Assembly (NCBI RefSeq): GCF_006345805.1
Contig: NC_042998.1
Location: 95,666,001-95,730,000 of the forward strand
DNA length: 64,000 nt
Direction of reading: 5' to 3'
Source of the DNA: Octopus sinensis
Lineage: Eukaryota
Shown here: positions 50,883 to 62,600 of the stretch, in pieces
Layout of the letters: each line of letters begins with the position of its first letter
Numbering within the stretch: position 1 is the stretch's first letter
The notes under the pieces: model-generated
The model's database searches: none
Seen by the model: only the letters and a program-made list of their open reading frames with translations
Told to the model about the DNA's origin: nothing
Translations under genes and position numbers: made by a program

Positions 50883-51305
50883 AAGGCGGCGATCTAGTAA
50901 AATCGTTAGCGCGTCGGGCAAATGCTTAGCGGCATTTCGTCCGTCTTTACGTTCTGAGTTCAAATTTCGTCGAGGTCGACTTTACCTTTGATCCTTCGGG
51001 ATCGATAAAATAAGTACCAGTTGTGTACTGTGGTCAATGTAATCGACTAGCCCCTCCCCCAAATTTCAGGCGCTGTGCCTATAGTAGAAAGGATTATTAT
51101 ATAGGCAGTGAGCCGCTAGAATAGTTAACACGCCGAGCAAAATGCTTAACGGCATTCCGTCCGTCTTTACGTCTTGAGTTCAAATTCCGCTGTCGAATTT
51201 GCTTTTCATCCTTCCGAGTCGATAAAATGTGTGTTGAGATCGATTTAATCGACTTAGCTCCCCTCCTCCAAACTGTGGGCCTTGTGCTAAAATTTGAAAC
51301 CATCA
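50883..51305 (+). mobile_element. Two head-to-tail family A SINEs (short tails ending in ATT repeats)
   Basis: Starts AAGGCGGCGATCTAG (50883) and AGGCAGTGAGCCGCTAG (about 51103). Confidence 0.85.
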
Positions 51306-51364
51306 TTATTATTAAGATATTGATATAGGCGCAGGAGTGGCTGTGTGGTAAGAAGCTTGCTTCC

Positions 51365-53806
51365 GGTTCCGGTCGTGGAGTCGAATTCTTGACACAGAAC
51401 GGTGAGGACGTGAGCGTTGAGCTCCGTTCTAAAAAGAAAAAGAACAGAGAAGGTTGTCGAGGTAGGTGATTTTGTTTATTGTGAGCTGGGCATAATTTAT
51501 TGCGTGCGAATTATTTTTTCAGTAAATTGTGCCCAGCTCTGGGACAATTTCGCCTGCTCTCGGCGGCTGCTGTTTTTGTACATTGAGAATCTATTGGATT
51601 CATTTTTGGTGGGCGTATCCTCGTCTTCGGTTTACGCTGAGTGAATATTTTTCTCACTTAATTATGAGAATTATTGCTTGTATTGTGCCTTTTGAAGAAC
51701 TTTAATAATTGTGAGAACTGCTGTATGGGGGAGTGTTTTGCCTCCGAAGATTGAACAATTTGTATATCAATTTTTGTGGAAGTGGTGTTCAGTTGTGGCG
51801 TTCCGGGTTCAACCTAGGCCGGGAGTACCGAATGGCCGAAAGATTTTATTTGCTGTGTTCCTGAACTATTGACTTTCTTCTAAACTTTATTTGACTTTCT
51901 CTGTTTTGTTTATTGTGACTTTCTTTTAATTTCTTTTTTTCTTCTCGCTTTTTAAGATTTATTTTGAATATATTTCAGAAAAAAAAAAGAAACATGGCAA
52001 TGAAAAATGACAAAATTTTGGAATGGGAGATTACACCGCCTAAAAAGTGGTTAAAAGACCGTGAAGATAGGACGGTGGTGTTGAGAACCTACTCCAAGGC
52101 ACTCGACACCATCGCCCTATTCGAAAAGATGGCAATTGAAAAGGAGTTGGCAGAGTATTTGCCAACAATTAAATTCATTTCCAGGGGTGTCAGATATGCA
52201 ACGGTGTGGTTGCTATTTGACACCCCTGAAGAGGCTCGCAAATTTGCTAGTCAACCCCTGGAGGGTAAGCAAATTTTATTTCTTCCCACGTATCATGGGA
52301 AGAGGTTGACGAAAGCTTGGATCTGCGGGCTGCCACCCGGGATAAAACCCGAGTGGATAGAGGAGACTATCCGCCGGGGTCTGGGTGGCAGCGGGACCCA
52401 GCTCCTTAATGTGAAAGTTCTTCCTGCGGCTGTTTGGGTTGGGTCAAAAGCAATTTTGACTCTTTGGACCCAATCAGCCAATCTGGTTTTTCCAGATTTT
52501 TTGAAAATGGCCGGGTGCAGGTACCCGGTGATACTTGAGGGTCGCCCCCCCCACGTGTCATCGGTGCCTGGAGTCCGGCCATATAAAGAAAAACTGTCCC
52601 CGAGAACAAAATAAGATCCCGAAGCAGTTAACTGAGACCCCCAGTAGAAGAGGGAATGAAGACGGCCGAGGAAGCGGAGGACTCCTCAAACAAGAGCCGA
52701 AAGAGGAAGAAGGCGAGCAACATTGGGTGCTCACCAAAGGATCCTAGGGATGAGGAGGGAAAGGCGAATCTTCCGGCCACGGAGGAGACGCACCCTCCCT
52801 CAGTTGAAAAGAAAAAAAAAGAGGAAGAGGAAGAGAAACGGGACATTGCCGGCAGTCGGTGACATAGTACCGGAATGTCCCGGAACTACATCGGTTGGGG
52901 TTGTGCCACCGACAGGAGAAGAAACACCGTTAGCGGGAACTGTGCCGCCAATGAAAGAATTGAATATCCCGCCCTCGGAGAAAGACGATATATTGATCTT
53001 CTTCCATTAGAGGCGGAGATATTGAAAAGGTGATGGAAAAGCTCCATAAGGGAGCACCTTCAGCCTTCACACAGGACCCCGAATGGCCTCCGCAGATAGC
53101 TTTGGAGGCCACGACGTTCGACGTGACGTTTGAGCTGAAGGAGCTCAATGAGGAATATCGCTTGTTCCCGGGCAACGCTAACACGGAATTCGATGTGGTT
53201 TTGAAAGAGGCGTGGAGGATGGCAGAGGATGCGGGCACAAGTTATTTTGAGGATGAGTCATAAATTGTGGCACTGTGTGACACAAACATTTGATAATAGG
53301 CACTTCGCTTTCTTTCTGAACTCCCTGGCTGTCAACGTGGTCTGCTCTGCAGGCGGCTAGATATTTGACTGGAGGTCCGGAAAGAGGAGGAAGGGAGAAG
53401 TGATAATGTATTTTTTATGTTTGATAGGACATGTTTAGATACGACTTGAGTGGCCCCGACCTAGAGCTGGCGCATTCATAAGGGAAGTGTAAGCCAGGTC
53501 TGGGAGGAGGGGCTTTGTGTATTGTATTTATATTATATGTAATTATTGAACTATGTTGTTGTTTGTAATGGACTGTTAAGTCCAAAAATTGAAACGTTGT
53601 AAAAGTTGTAAGAGATTTAATACCTCGTTTTGTGTTTGGTTTTAAAGAACAATGTTTTAGAGAAGCAGAAGTCGGCGAGCGCTTTTTGTCTTCTACCATC
53701 CTTATCATCTTTCTTTCATTATCATTCATTTCCTTAATGTCCTCGTCCAGCCTGCAAAGCTACTTTACTCTATGTACTGCCTTCATGGCAAATGTAATGA
53801 AATAAT
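51365..53806 (+). mobile_element. ORF1-only non-autonomous L1/Tx1 derivative (HAL1-like), 2.44 kb
   Basis: Bounded by duplicated GAAGCTTG (51352-51359 and 53807-53814). About 630 bp of 5' UTR, a single gag-like ORF, about 540 bp of 3' UTR; no APE or RT motifs. Confidence 0.75.
51994..53263 (+). pseudogene. Tx1-like ORF1 (RRM-like region plus CCHC knuckle), frameshifted at homopolymers
   Basis: MAMKNDK..RGVRYATVWLLFDTPEEA..LPTYHGKR..ICGLPPGI..VILEGRPP, then after a shift in the C8 run TCHRCLESGHIKKNCP, a charged linker and YFEDES*. Homologous to the ORF1 remnant at 48560-48965. Confidence 0.85.
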
Positions 53807-53970
53807 GAAGCTTGAGTACCAACAACACGGTTCTGGGTTCAGTCCCACTGCGTAGTACCTTGAGCAAGTGTCTTCTACTATAGCCTCGGGCCGACCAAAG
53901 CCTTGTGAGTGGATTTGGTAGACGGAAACTGAAAGAAGCCCGTCGTATATATATATATATATATATATAT

Positions 53971-54153
53971 ATCGTGACGCATATTTGTCATTTGAATATG
54001 GCTAACCCATAAGGGTGGATGCTACTGTAGTTTGTAGCCCCAGGAAGATATCCCCTCCAGCTGGATATAGAGATATCTTCCTGGGGCTACAAACTACAGT
54101 AGCATCCACCCTTATGGGTTAGCCATATTCAAATGGCAAATATGCGTCACGAT
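53971..54153. repeat. Long palindrome: 82-bp arms (81/82 match), 19-nt loop
   Basis: 53971-54052 is the reverse complement of 54072-54153 with one mismatch; lies in (TA)n. Confidence 0.97.
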
Positions 54154-54195
54154 GTGTTACCGCTACTGTTTATAACTCGCTCTGAGATTTATCAT

Positions 54196-54254
<59 letters not shown>

Positions 54255-54365
54255 TTGTTATATGTTTTATCTTATATTTAATATTTCTATAATATGTAAT
54301 TTTTCTAAATGGTATAATTTAATTTTTCATTATTGAATTGATAAAAGGTGTTTTTTTTTCTAATT

Positions 54366-54406
<41 letters not shown>

Positions 54407-54904
54407 TTGTGTGTCTGTGTTTGGCCCCCACCATCGCTTGACAGAAGATGTTGGTGTGTTTGCGTCCCCATAACTTAGCGGTTCGGCAAAAGACTCTAAT
54501 AGAATAAGTACAAGGCTTACAAAGAATAAGTCCTGGGGTCGATTTCTTCGACTAAAGGCGGCGCTCCAGCATGGCCGTAGTCAAATGACTGAAACAAATA
54601 AAAGAATAAATGAATATAGATTAAAAGATAGTGACAAAGCAAGCAAATATGGACACTTATATCACATAGGACAAAGACAAAACAAAACAAAATCAAATGA
54701 CAATTGCAAAAATAGAATTCAAACAAAATACATAGGTTAGAATAAATTCGTCACTTGAGTCTCGCAGGTGGTTCTCTACAGTTTTTACTCTGTCCAAAGG
54801 GCTTTTAACTTCGTGTATTACGAGCCTTTATTTATAGCTAGTCTGACATTCGAGATGCATCATTTATAGAGACACATATACATATTTGTACGTATATATG
54901 TACT

Positions 54905-55113
54905 CATTTACTTGTTTCAGTCATTTGACTGTGGCCATGCTGGAGCACCGCTTTTTAGTCGAGCAAATCGACCCCCAGGACTTATTCTTTGTAAGCCTAG
55001 CACTAATTCTATCGGTCTCTTTGGCTGAACCGCTAGGTTATGGGGACGTAAATACACCACCATCGGTTGTCAAGCGATGTGGGGGGGGGGGGCAAACACA
55101 CACACAAACATAT

Positions 55114-55160
<47 letters not shown>

Positions 55161-55321
55161 GGTCCGGGTTGATTCGGGGTTAACCACAGTAAATAAGGTA
55201 CTCAATACATAGCAGAGTAAAATTAATTTATTATATAGAAGGAGCTTCTACAGGACTAGAACTGTTTCATTCAAGAGAAATCTTGAAACAGTTCTAGTCC
55301 TGTAGAAGCTCCTTCTATATA

Positions 55322-55362
<41 letters not shown>

Positions 55363-55535
55363 CATATACACGACGGGCTTCTTTCAGTTTCCGTCTACCA
55401 AATCCACTCACAAGGCTTTAAACGGCCCGAGACTATAGTAGAAGACACTTGCCCAAGGTGCCACGCAGTGGCAATGAACCCGGAACCACGTGGTTGGTAA
55501 TCAAGCTACTTACCACACAGCCACTCCTGCGCCTG
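54905..55535 (-). mobile_element. Young family B SINE with an insert in its central (TA)n
   Basis: Head CCACACAGCCACTCCTGCGCCT at about 55513-55534; 3' half at 54905-55100. Confidence 0.88.
55226..55327. repeat. Perfect palindrome: 44-bp arms, 14-nt loop, containing the 3' half of an HHR
   Basis: 55226-55269 is the exact reverse complement of 55284-55327. Confidence 0.97.
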
Positions 55536-57074
55536 TATGTATGTATGTATGTATGTATGTATGCAATTATGGATGTATGCATGCATGAATGCACGTGTCT
55601 GTATGCGTGTATGCACGTGTCTGTATGCGTGTATGCACGTATATATATATGCAAGTATCTTCTACTATAGCCTCGGGCTGACCAAAGTCTTGTGAATGAA
55701 TTTGGTAGCCGGAAACTGAAAGAAGCCCGTCGTATGTGTGTGTGTGTATTCCATGCATTTGAAACTTTTAATGTCCTTACATATACTGTACGGCGTTTTT
55801 ATGTTATTCCTCATTTTCATATAAATATATTTGAACATTGTCGTACATTCTGTTTCAAGTAAAAACGTTGTTGTGGGCATGGATTTTGTGATCAGTAAAT
55901 GAAAGAATCATTGCTACTATTAGTGTTATTTTAAGTTACTAAGATGAAATACTACTATAATGAAGTAATGTAATGTAGATTAGCTCTAAGCGCAGTACTA
56001 TGGTAATTAATAATCCTAACTACTATACTAATATTATCAATGAATAATCAAAAGTCATTATGTCCTATTCTGAAACCCGACTCATTTCCTGTCTTTCTCA
56101 TTTTTTATTTTCCTTCTTGCTCCCTTCGCCACAGCAATAATTCACATTTCCTAGTCTTCTTTATATATCTAAAGCTATGCATTGATTGCTCTTTGTGTCA
56201 TTAGTTATTAGCATTCTTTCGGTTCATTCACCATTCATTTCTTAATAAAACTATTCCCTGACATGCCATAGCTTTCTGAAGTCAGCTGTAGCTCGTTGCT
56301 AAAACACAAACTGCAGACTGTATAATGATATGCATGGTAGTAACACTGAGTGGCGGAAACTCTTTTTATGTAAAAGTTCCCTGCTTTTAGAAGGTTAAAA
56401 CATACGAAATTATATGTTGGATACATTTTAAAGAGCTGTTGATTATTTGTCAGCTTCTAAAAGAGAAAATGATGCGATGCAAGAAAAAGAATACAGAATA
56501 AGAGAAAAGGACTGCATGGAGGAAAAGAGAGAGAGAGAGAGAGAGGGGGGTAGAGGAAGAGAGAGAAAGGGAGAAAGTAAGAGAGATAATCGGGTAAATC
56601 GTAATTTGACAATTGACCGATAAAATGATGTTTTTTTCCTCATTTGAGATATCTAAAATAACAAATTTCCTCAAAAGTCAAATGTCATTGGAGCAACATG
56701 TTTTAACCGTGTCTGCCATTTGTGGTGTGTGTTTGGTGATTGGAGTTTTTAAAGTGGGTCGGGAAAAAGAGGTCAACATTTTTGTTATTAAAATTTGAGC
56801 AGATAAAAAATCTCTAGATTTTAAAGGTTAAAGTGATAAAAACAAGTATATACTTCAATAGATATCATTAAAGTTCCTGCGCTTGACATCACGGTAAAGA
56901 TTCTTCTTCGAAATCATCTTTAAAAAAAACTCAAAAAACTTACCTTTCTACCAAAGGTTACAAGAACAATCAATCGAGAAGATGGCAGTTCGTATTTTGT
57001 CATAAAACTTTGACATAACCTGGGTATCTGAGGATAAAATCGTGCTAGGCTGGAACGGCAACTGTTGCAAATAA

Positions 57075-57510
57075 TATATATGTCCTTCGCTCCTCCTGGT
57101 GAAGATACCATTGATGACTTTTCTTCACTGTTCTCGGTTTTGGACTGTCTTCTCTGTTTCCTCTCCCACTTTTTGTTTCTTGTGAATTGTCATCGATGCT
57201 TCTGGAACTTTGCTTCTTTCTAGATAGGGGTTTTGACCCTGTATAAACATATTTTTACTTCTGTGAGGAGGTGGTTATTATTAGTCTAGCTTCCGTCCTT
57301 TGACTTGTCCAGCATGAGAGACCCTACCATGAGCTTCTGCGACTCTGACATTGCTATCAGAGTCATAGAAGCAAACAAGCCATCACACTGCAGCAAGGTT
57401 TTGACCGGATGATGGGTTGCAGGCAGTGGTTCCACTATGAAACTGATGAATGCTGAGTTGAATTCTGCTGGCAAGAATATCCACATAGGTTTGTCTGGAA
57501 GTCTGTCCCC
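57075..57510 (-). mobile_element. Non-autonomous bipartite RTE-like element (5' UTR-like part joined to an RTE 3' end)
   Basis: Minus strand CATGGTAGGGTCTCTCATGCTGGACAAGTCAAAGG (RTE 5' UTR-like) and an end translating EETEKTVQNREQ*RKVINGIFTRRSEG (RTE C-terminus-like). Confidence 0.5.
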
Positions 57511-57689
57511 CAAACACCGCCGCCACCACCACCACCACCACCACCACCACCACCCACCACCACCACCACTACCACCACCAAAAGAAAAATAAGATAACGT
57601 TATTTATTTCTATACATTATCAAGATATTGGTAACAATCTCAACTGAAAGAATTTCTATTAATTCTAAAACCTGCTTTTTTTTACCAGA

Positions 57690-58095
57690 CATGGTTAAGC
57701 GGTAAGATGTTCTGGTTTCAGTCCCGCTACGCGGTACCTGGAACAAATGCTTTCTACTATAGCTCCGGGCCAACCTGTGAGTAAATTTGGAAAGCAGAAA
57801 CTGTGTGGAAGCACGTTGTATATATGAATATGTGTGTGCGAGTGCGTGCATGTGTGTGTGTGTGTGTGTGCGCGCGCGCGCGCGTGTGTGTGTGTGCTTG
57901 TCCCAACACCACTTGACAAATAGTGTAGGCTTGTTGTTTACGTCCCCATAACATGAGCGTTTCGGCAAAAGTCACCGATAAGATAAGTAACAGACTTTGA
58001 AAAATAATATTTTGGTCGATTTGACCGACTGAACCATTCAAGATGATGCCCCAGCATGGCCTCAGTCCAGTGACTGAAACAAGTAAGTAAAAGAT
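57690..58095 (+). mobile_element. Family B SINE, diverged
   Basis: GGTTTCAGTCCCGCTACG..TTCTACTATAGC..CCAGCATGGCCTCAGTCCAGTGACTGAAACAAGTAA. Confidence 0.8.
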
Positions 58096-58407
58096 AAATC
58101 TACGCATATTACTTCAATGAAGAGAACAACTTTTTTTTTAATTTCCGGAAAAATTGGGTGCGATATCTACTACATATGTAGAAAATCGGTGTGTATTTGT
58201 TTGTGGCGTTGTTAACTAAATCCTCATACATCGTTGTATTGATTTTGGTGAAACTTGACACGAGAGTAGAGCTCATGTCTGGAAACCTCGTGGCATACTT
58301 AGATTGTTCGAAAAATTGATAATACGGCCCCTGGAAATTACTTTCTTATATCACAGTAATAAGGCGTTTCAACAGACCATCTTTACCCCCAGTAATTACC
58401 GGATACA

Positions 58408-58459
<52 letters not shown>

Positions 58460-58462
<3 letters not shown>

Positions 58463-58828
58463 AGAAGAGTACTCCGTCTGTTGAGAGATAAATGTTATTC
58501 AATAAACACAATATATGTTTTTATGTGCTACTATTAGTTTCATGTGATGAGAGCGTGCTAGATAGTGTTTCTTAATACGTCTGGCACTGCTCATATAGCA
58601 TAACAAACTAAAAATGGGACGATAGGATGAGAGAAAAATCGAGAAAGAAGTAGATATAATGGTGGAATGTTGAAAAATCGGAAAACGTTAAAGTAAACAG
58701 AAAGAAACAAAAGTGGGATAGTTATTACGAAAATTAGGTAAAGTAATAAAAGCTTCCCTTTTAGCTAAGCAGTTTAATCTATTGTCGATATTACTACGTT
58801 TAGTGGGGAATTTAGCCTCATCGTTAAT
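58460..58828 (-). mobile_element. Penelope-like fragment between (TA)n and (CA)n
   Basis: INDEAKFPTKRSNIDNRLNCLAKREAFITL.PNFRNN resembles the pre-RT region of YRDD-type PLEs (EAFITLKDHK.NF.NN). Confidence 0.6.
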
Positions 58829-58865
<37 letters not shown>

Positions 58866-59399
58866 TACACACACACATTATGGAACACACATACTCAGCG
58901 AATGTGGTCAGCCGGTAGGCTGCCATTTGTTGTGGTGGAGATGATTCTCAAAGCTCCACTTGTTAGAACACCTTAAAGTCATAGAAAGGTGAGACAACTC
59001 ATCCCAAAATCTTATTCAAGAGCGATGGACATCGATGTTTCGCTAGTTTGTGGCTTATCAACATCACGTATCTGAATCGAATTAGAGGCGAACTGAATCG
59101 CCAGTCATTGACTGTATACAAACAGTGAAAAAAACCATTCGCTGGTATGCTCTGACAATGATTACATAAGAATAAATTTTATTTGTGTATAATTACTCAA
59201 ACTATTCTGTCAACCGCTGCACTTGATTGATCCAATAATAAAACCCGACAGTACTTGTCGCCATTTTGTATGCCATTACGTGTTGAAACTAGTTCTCGTA
59301 TTGTCTTCTTTTTGTGCTCATTGCCGTAAATCTCCGCTCGCTCGCAAAACCAAGCAAGATGTATGTATGTATGTATGTATGTATGTATGTATGTACGTA

Positions 59400-59685
59400 T
59401 CACGTGATCACGTGACTGACCAGACCATCAGATGTTGTTACACATCGCTGGTCACAATGCGTTCGCATTGTTTTAGCCTTTGAATGACGCCGCCCCGCTG
59501 GCTAAGCGAGCCGGCCAACAGAAGAAAGAGTGGTGAAAGAGTACAGCAGGGATCACCACCCCTTGCCGGAGCGTCGTGGAGGTTTTAGGTGTTTTCGGGC
59601 TCAATAAACACTCACAACGCTCGGTCTGGGAATCGAAACCGCGATCCTACGACCACGAGTCCGCTGCCTAAACCACTGGGCCACT
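59400..59685 (-). mobile_element. Family C-headed SINE with a different 3' tail ending in (TACA)n
   Basis: Matches 4738-4890 up to CCCTGCTGTACTCTTTCACCAC, then unrelated sequence. Confidence 0.85.
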
Positions 59686-60257
59686 ATATATATATATATG
59701 AAAACGTATATAAATGTATGCATATGAATATATATATAGTTGTGTGTATACACACACACTCATACATATATATTATGTATGTATTGCTCTTTATATGAGA
59801 ACTCCACTCCATGTGTCCGTAAATCTTTTATCCTTCGTTGTTTTTCTCTTTCTCTTTCTCTCCTTCTCCCCCCCCCCTCTCTTTTTATTTCAGATTCTTT
59901 AGAAATATTTGTTGTTTCAATGACAGACGTTATCATGCTATATTGCCAAATAAGCTCAATGTAAGCTGCTCACTCATGAGTGGTGACTTAAATTCTTTTT
60001 TCTTTCTCTCTGGTGGTTAACTACCCTTAGACACGTATATTCTAGAAATAGGTCTAGCTATACATTTAATATGTGGTGACACATAGTTTAAATTTCACTA
60101 TCGCCTAAAAACACACCAACCTGAACAAAAGTGTTGTTAATTATCTGGAATTTCATAAAATGACTGGCGTGTAGAATACAGTCTTACAAGATGCGCAGAT
60201 CCAACAAATCAGAATGCTTTCCATTGTCAGAAAAAGTTACTAATTACCTCCACAGCT

Positions 60258-60778
60258 GGCAAGTAAGCATTGCAAGCTGATAAAAAATTGTGTTTGAATA
60301 AACCCAAAGTAGTTGAGGCAAGCAGTGATGTTGCAACTATAATATTAGTGACTTAGAAGGAACATATTTTCCTAGGGAAAATGTTCCGAGCAAAATGCTT
60401 AGCGACATTTCGTCCGTATTTACCCTCTGAGTTTAAATTCCGCTGAGGTCAACTTTGCCTTTCATCCATTTTGGGGCTGATAAAATAGGAACTAGTTGAG
60501 CATTAGAGTCAATATAATTGACTTACCCAATCTCCCGAAATTGCTGGCCTTGTGCGTCTCATAAATGCAAAGCTACGATTTGGGTTCCCGAGAAGTTGCT
60601 CAAGAAAGGAACAGCCGAAACTGAAATGCCTTGTAAGTTCGTGATGGCGAGCGAGCATTGCAAGCTGATACGAATTTGTGTTAGAATAAGCCTAAAAGTA
60701 ATTCTAGATATAACAAGCAATGATGTTGCAACTACCATATTTGGCAGCACCTCTTGCGAGGAAAATGTTCCAAGAAAT
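60258..60778 (+). repeat. Diverged direct repeat of about 130 bp (60258-60395 and 60648-60778) with a family A SINE fragment between
   Basis: Shared AGCATTGCAAGCTGATA, TTGTGTT.GAATAA, CAAGCA.TGATGTTGCAACTA and GGAAAATGTTCC. Confidence 0.8.
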
Positions 60779-61709
60779 CAATTTGCGTCCTATGAAAATA
60801 AGAATACCAAAGTGACTCAAGAAAGGGACAGTCAAAATTGAGGTACCTTGTAAGTTTATGTAAGTCATAAATTGTCAAATTTGGTATTTTCAGTGAATAC
60901 ACTCAGAGATAAATAAAAGTGCGAAATGTAACCTGTTTTGCAGGATTAAACAAATTGTAGAGTTGTGTTAATTGGTATGACATGCACATGTCACATGAGT
61001 CAAGAAAGGAAGTTTCGGGTCACGATCTTGCTTCCACCAATCCTCTCACTAAAACACCACTGGACTCGACAGGAAGAACATTTCAATGCCCCCACCAGTA
61101 TGCAAAAAATCTAATTGAAAAATATAAAACAACTTATATACGTACCTCTCATTGTTGACAAGTAGCACAATTTGGCAATGCAATTATTCTAAAGAATACA
61201 GAGAATGGAAATAAAACATTAATAGCTTTCCATATGTAAAGCGCTTTCTAAACAAGTTTAGAAACTAGGTTATCTTCGTATGAACGCCGCAGATCAATGT
61301 TGAGTATGCATGTGCACAAGTATGTACAGGTATGTGCAAGATGTTCTTGAAGAAGACTAGCAATGTTCTAAGTATGTCTCTCCACTCCACACTACTGAAG
61401 TCTTTTTTTTTTCAAGGGAAAAGCCACCGAATTGGGCTGATACAGTTTAGTACCAGTGTTGTCACGAGCATTACTGTCAAAATGCAAAGAGCAGGAGTAG
61501 ATACTGCAAGGCATCTAGTTTGATTCTCAGACAATTCTACCACTTGATCGTCCGATATCCCTCTTTGTAAGACAATAGTCGTGATTTGAGGACACTTTGA
61601 TTGATATTTCTAGCAAATCGAACAATCACATATTTAGTTAGTGAACTACATAATCTACGTTATCTACTTCCAGTTGGGTGTTTCGGACTTTGAGCACATA
61701 TTTTCGTAC

Positions 61710-61937
61710 CTGTTACAGACATGAACCACTAGAGCTCCGGTATTTTATTAACACAGTCATTTGCACTGACGACACGCTGTAGATAGTTTGTGACTTCATC
61801 TTTCGAATTACAGAAGCTTGAATTAATTTCTGCATTTAGTGACCATAATCCGTCACTCGGTTCATCACCACCGCACGAGTCTTGTATGCATTTAGCGGAT
61901 TCCATTCTGTTGCAAGCATTCGGGTCTGGTCTTTGAT
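61710..61937 (-). other. Candidate Cys-rich coding exon with an in-frame TAG near its end
   Basis: CTCAG acceptor and AG|GTACG donor, 228 nt, phase 1-1: QRPDPNACNRMESAKCIQDSCGGDEPSDGLWSLNAEINSSFCNSKDEVTNYLQRVVSANDCVNKIPEL*WFMSVT. No homology recognised. Confidence 0.2.
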
Positions 61938-62052
61938 CTGAGAATAACTTCTGTTCCTTCTACTAGTCTTAGGGACTGCAACGATCAAATATACTCTATA
62001 ATTAACATACGTTAATACCATAATATTTAACTAACTGGTTGGGGACTCTGGT

Positions 62053-62600
62053 TTAGCACGCCAGGCGAAATGCTTAGCGCATTTCGCCCGTCTTTACTTT
62101 ATGAGTTCAAATTCTGTCGGGGTCGTCTTTGCCTTTCATCCTTTCGAGGTTGATATATGAGGACCAGTTGAGCACTGGGGACGATACAACCGACTTACCA
62201 CCTCCTCCAAAATTGCTGGCCTGGTGCCAAAATTTGTAATCAGTGTGGGGACAAGTGGCTGATGGTGTTCGTCTGCGGACATGGTAACTAGGTAGGCTGG
62301 TTGGTAGGTAGGTAGGTAGGTATGTAGGTAGGTAGGTAGGAAACTAGGTAGGTATATATGTAGATAGGTAGATCGGCAGGTAAGTAGGTAGGTAGGTAGG
62401 TAGGATACATACTTTTTGTTATGGTTTCTAATTTAGGCTCAAAACCAGAATTTTGAGGAGAGGAGTGAATCAATACCATTGAGACCTGTACTTGACTGAA
62501 CCTTTATCTTATCAACCCCGAAAGAATGAAGAGCAAAGTCGACTCTGGCAGGATCAACTTTGCCATTCATCCTTTCGGGGTTTATAACTATAACACCAGT
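62053..62600. mobile_element. Family A SINE copies (62053-62243 plus; about 62420-62555 minus) around a (TAGG)n tract
   Basis: GCCTTTCATCCTTTCGAGG core on plus and CCCCGAAAGAATGAAGAGC core on minus. Confidence 0.75.

Larger units (their letters stand above)
51327..54610 (+). mobile_element. Young family B SINE split by insertions (head 51327-51364; body 53815-53946; 3' half about 54400-54610)
   Basis: AGGCGCAGGAGTGGCTGTGTGGTAAGAAGCTTGCTTCC resumes 2.44 kb later as ACCAACAACACGGTTCTGGGTTCAGTCCCACTGCG. Confidence 0.88.

Noticed and set aside
55270-55278. TTCAAGAGA, the common synthetic shRNA loop, inside a hairpin loop
   Set aside because: Arms are 44 bp with a 14-nt loop and no vector context; the 9-mer is explained as antisense HHR stem II.
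58524-58602. Minus-strand GAAA-CTA-a-TAG-TA with upstream TATATGA
   Set aside because: Three mismatches to CTGATGA; at best a decayed HHR of the adjacent PLE fragment.
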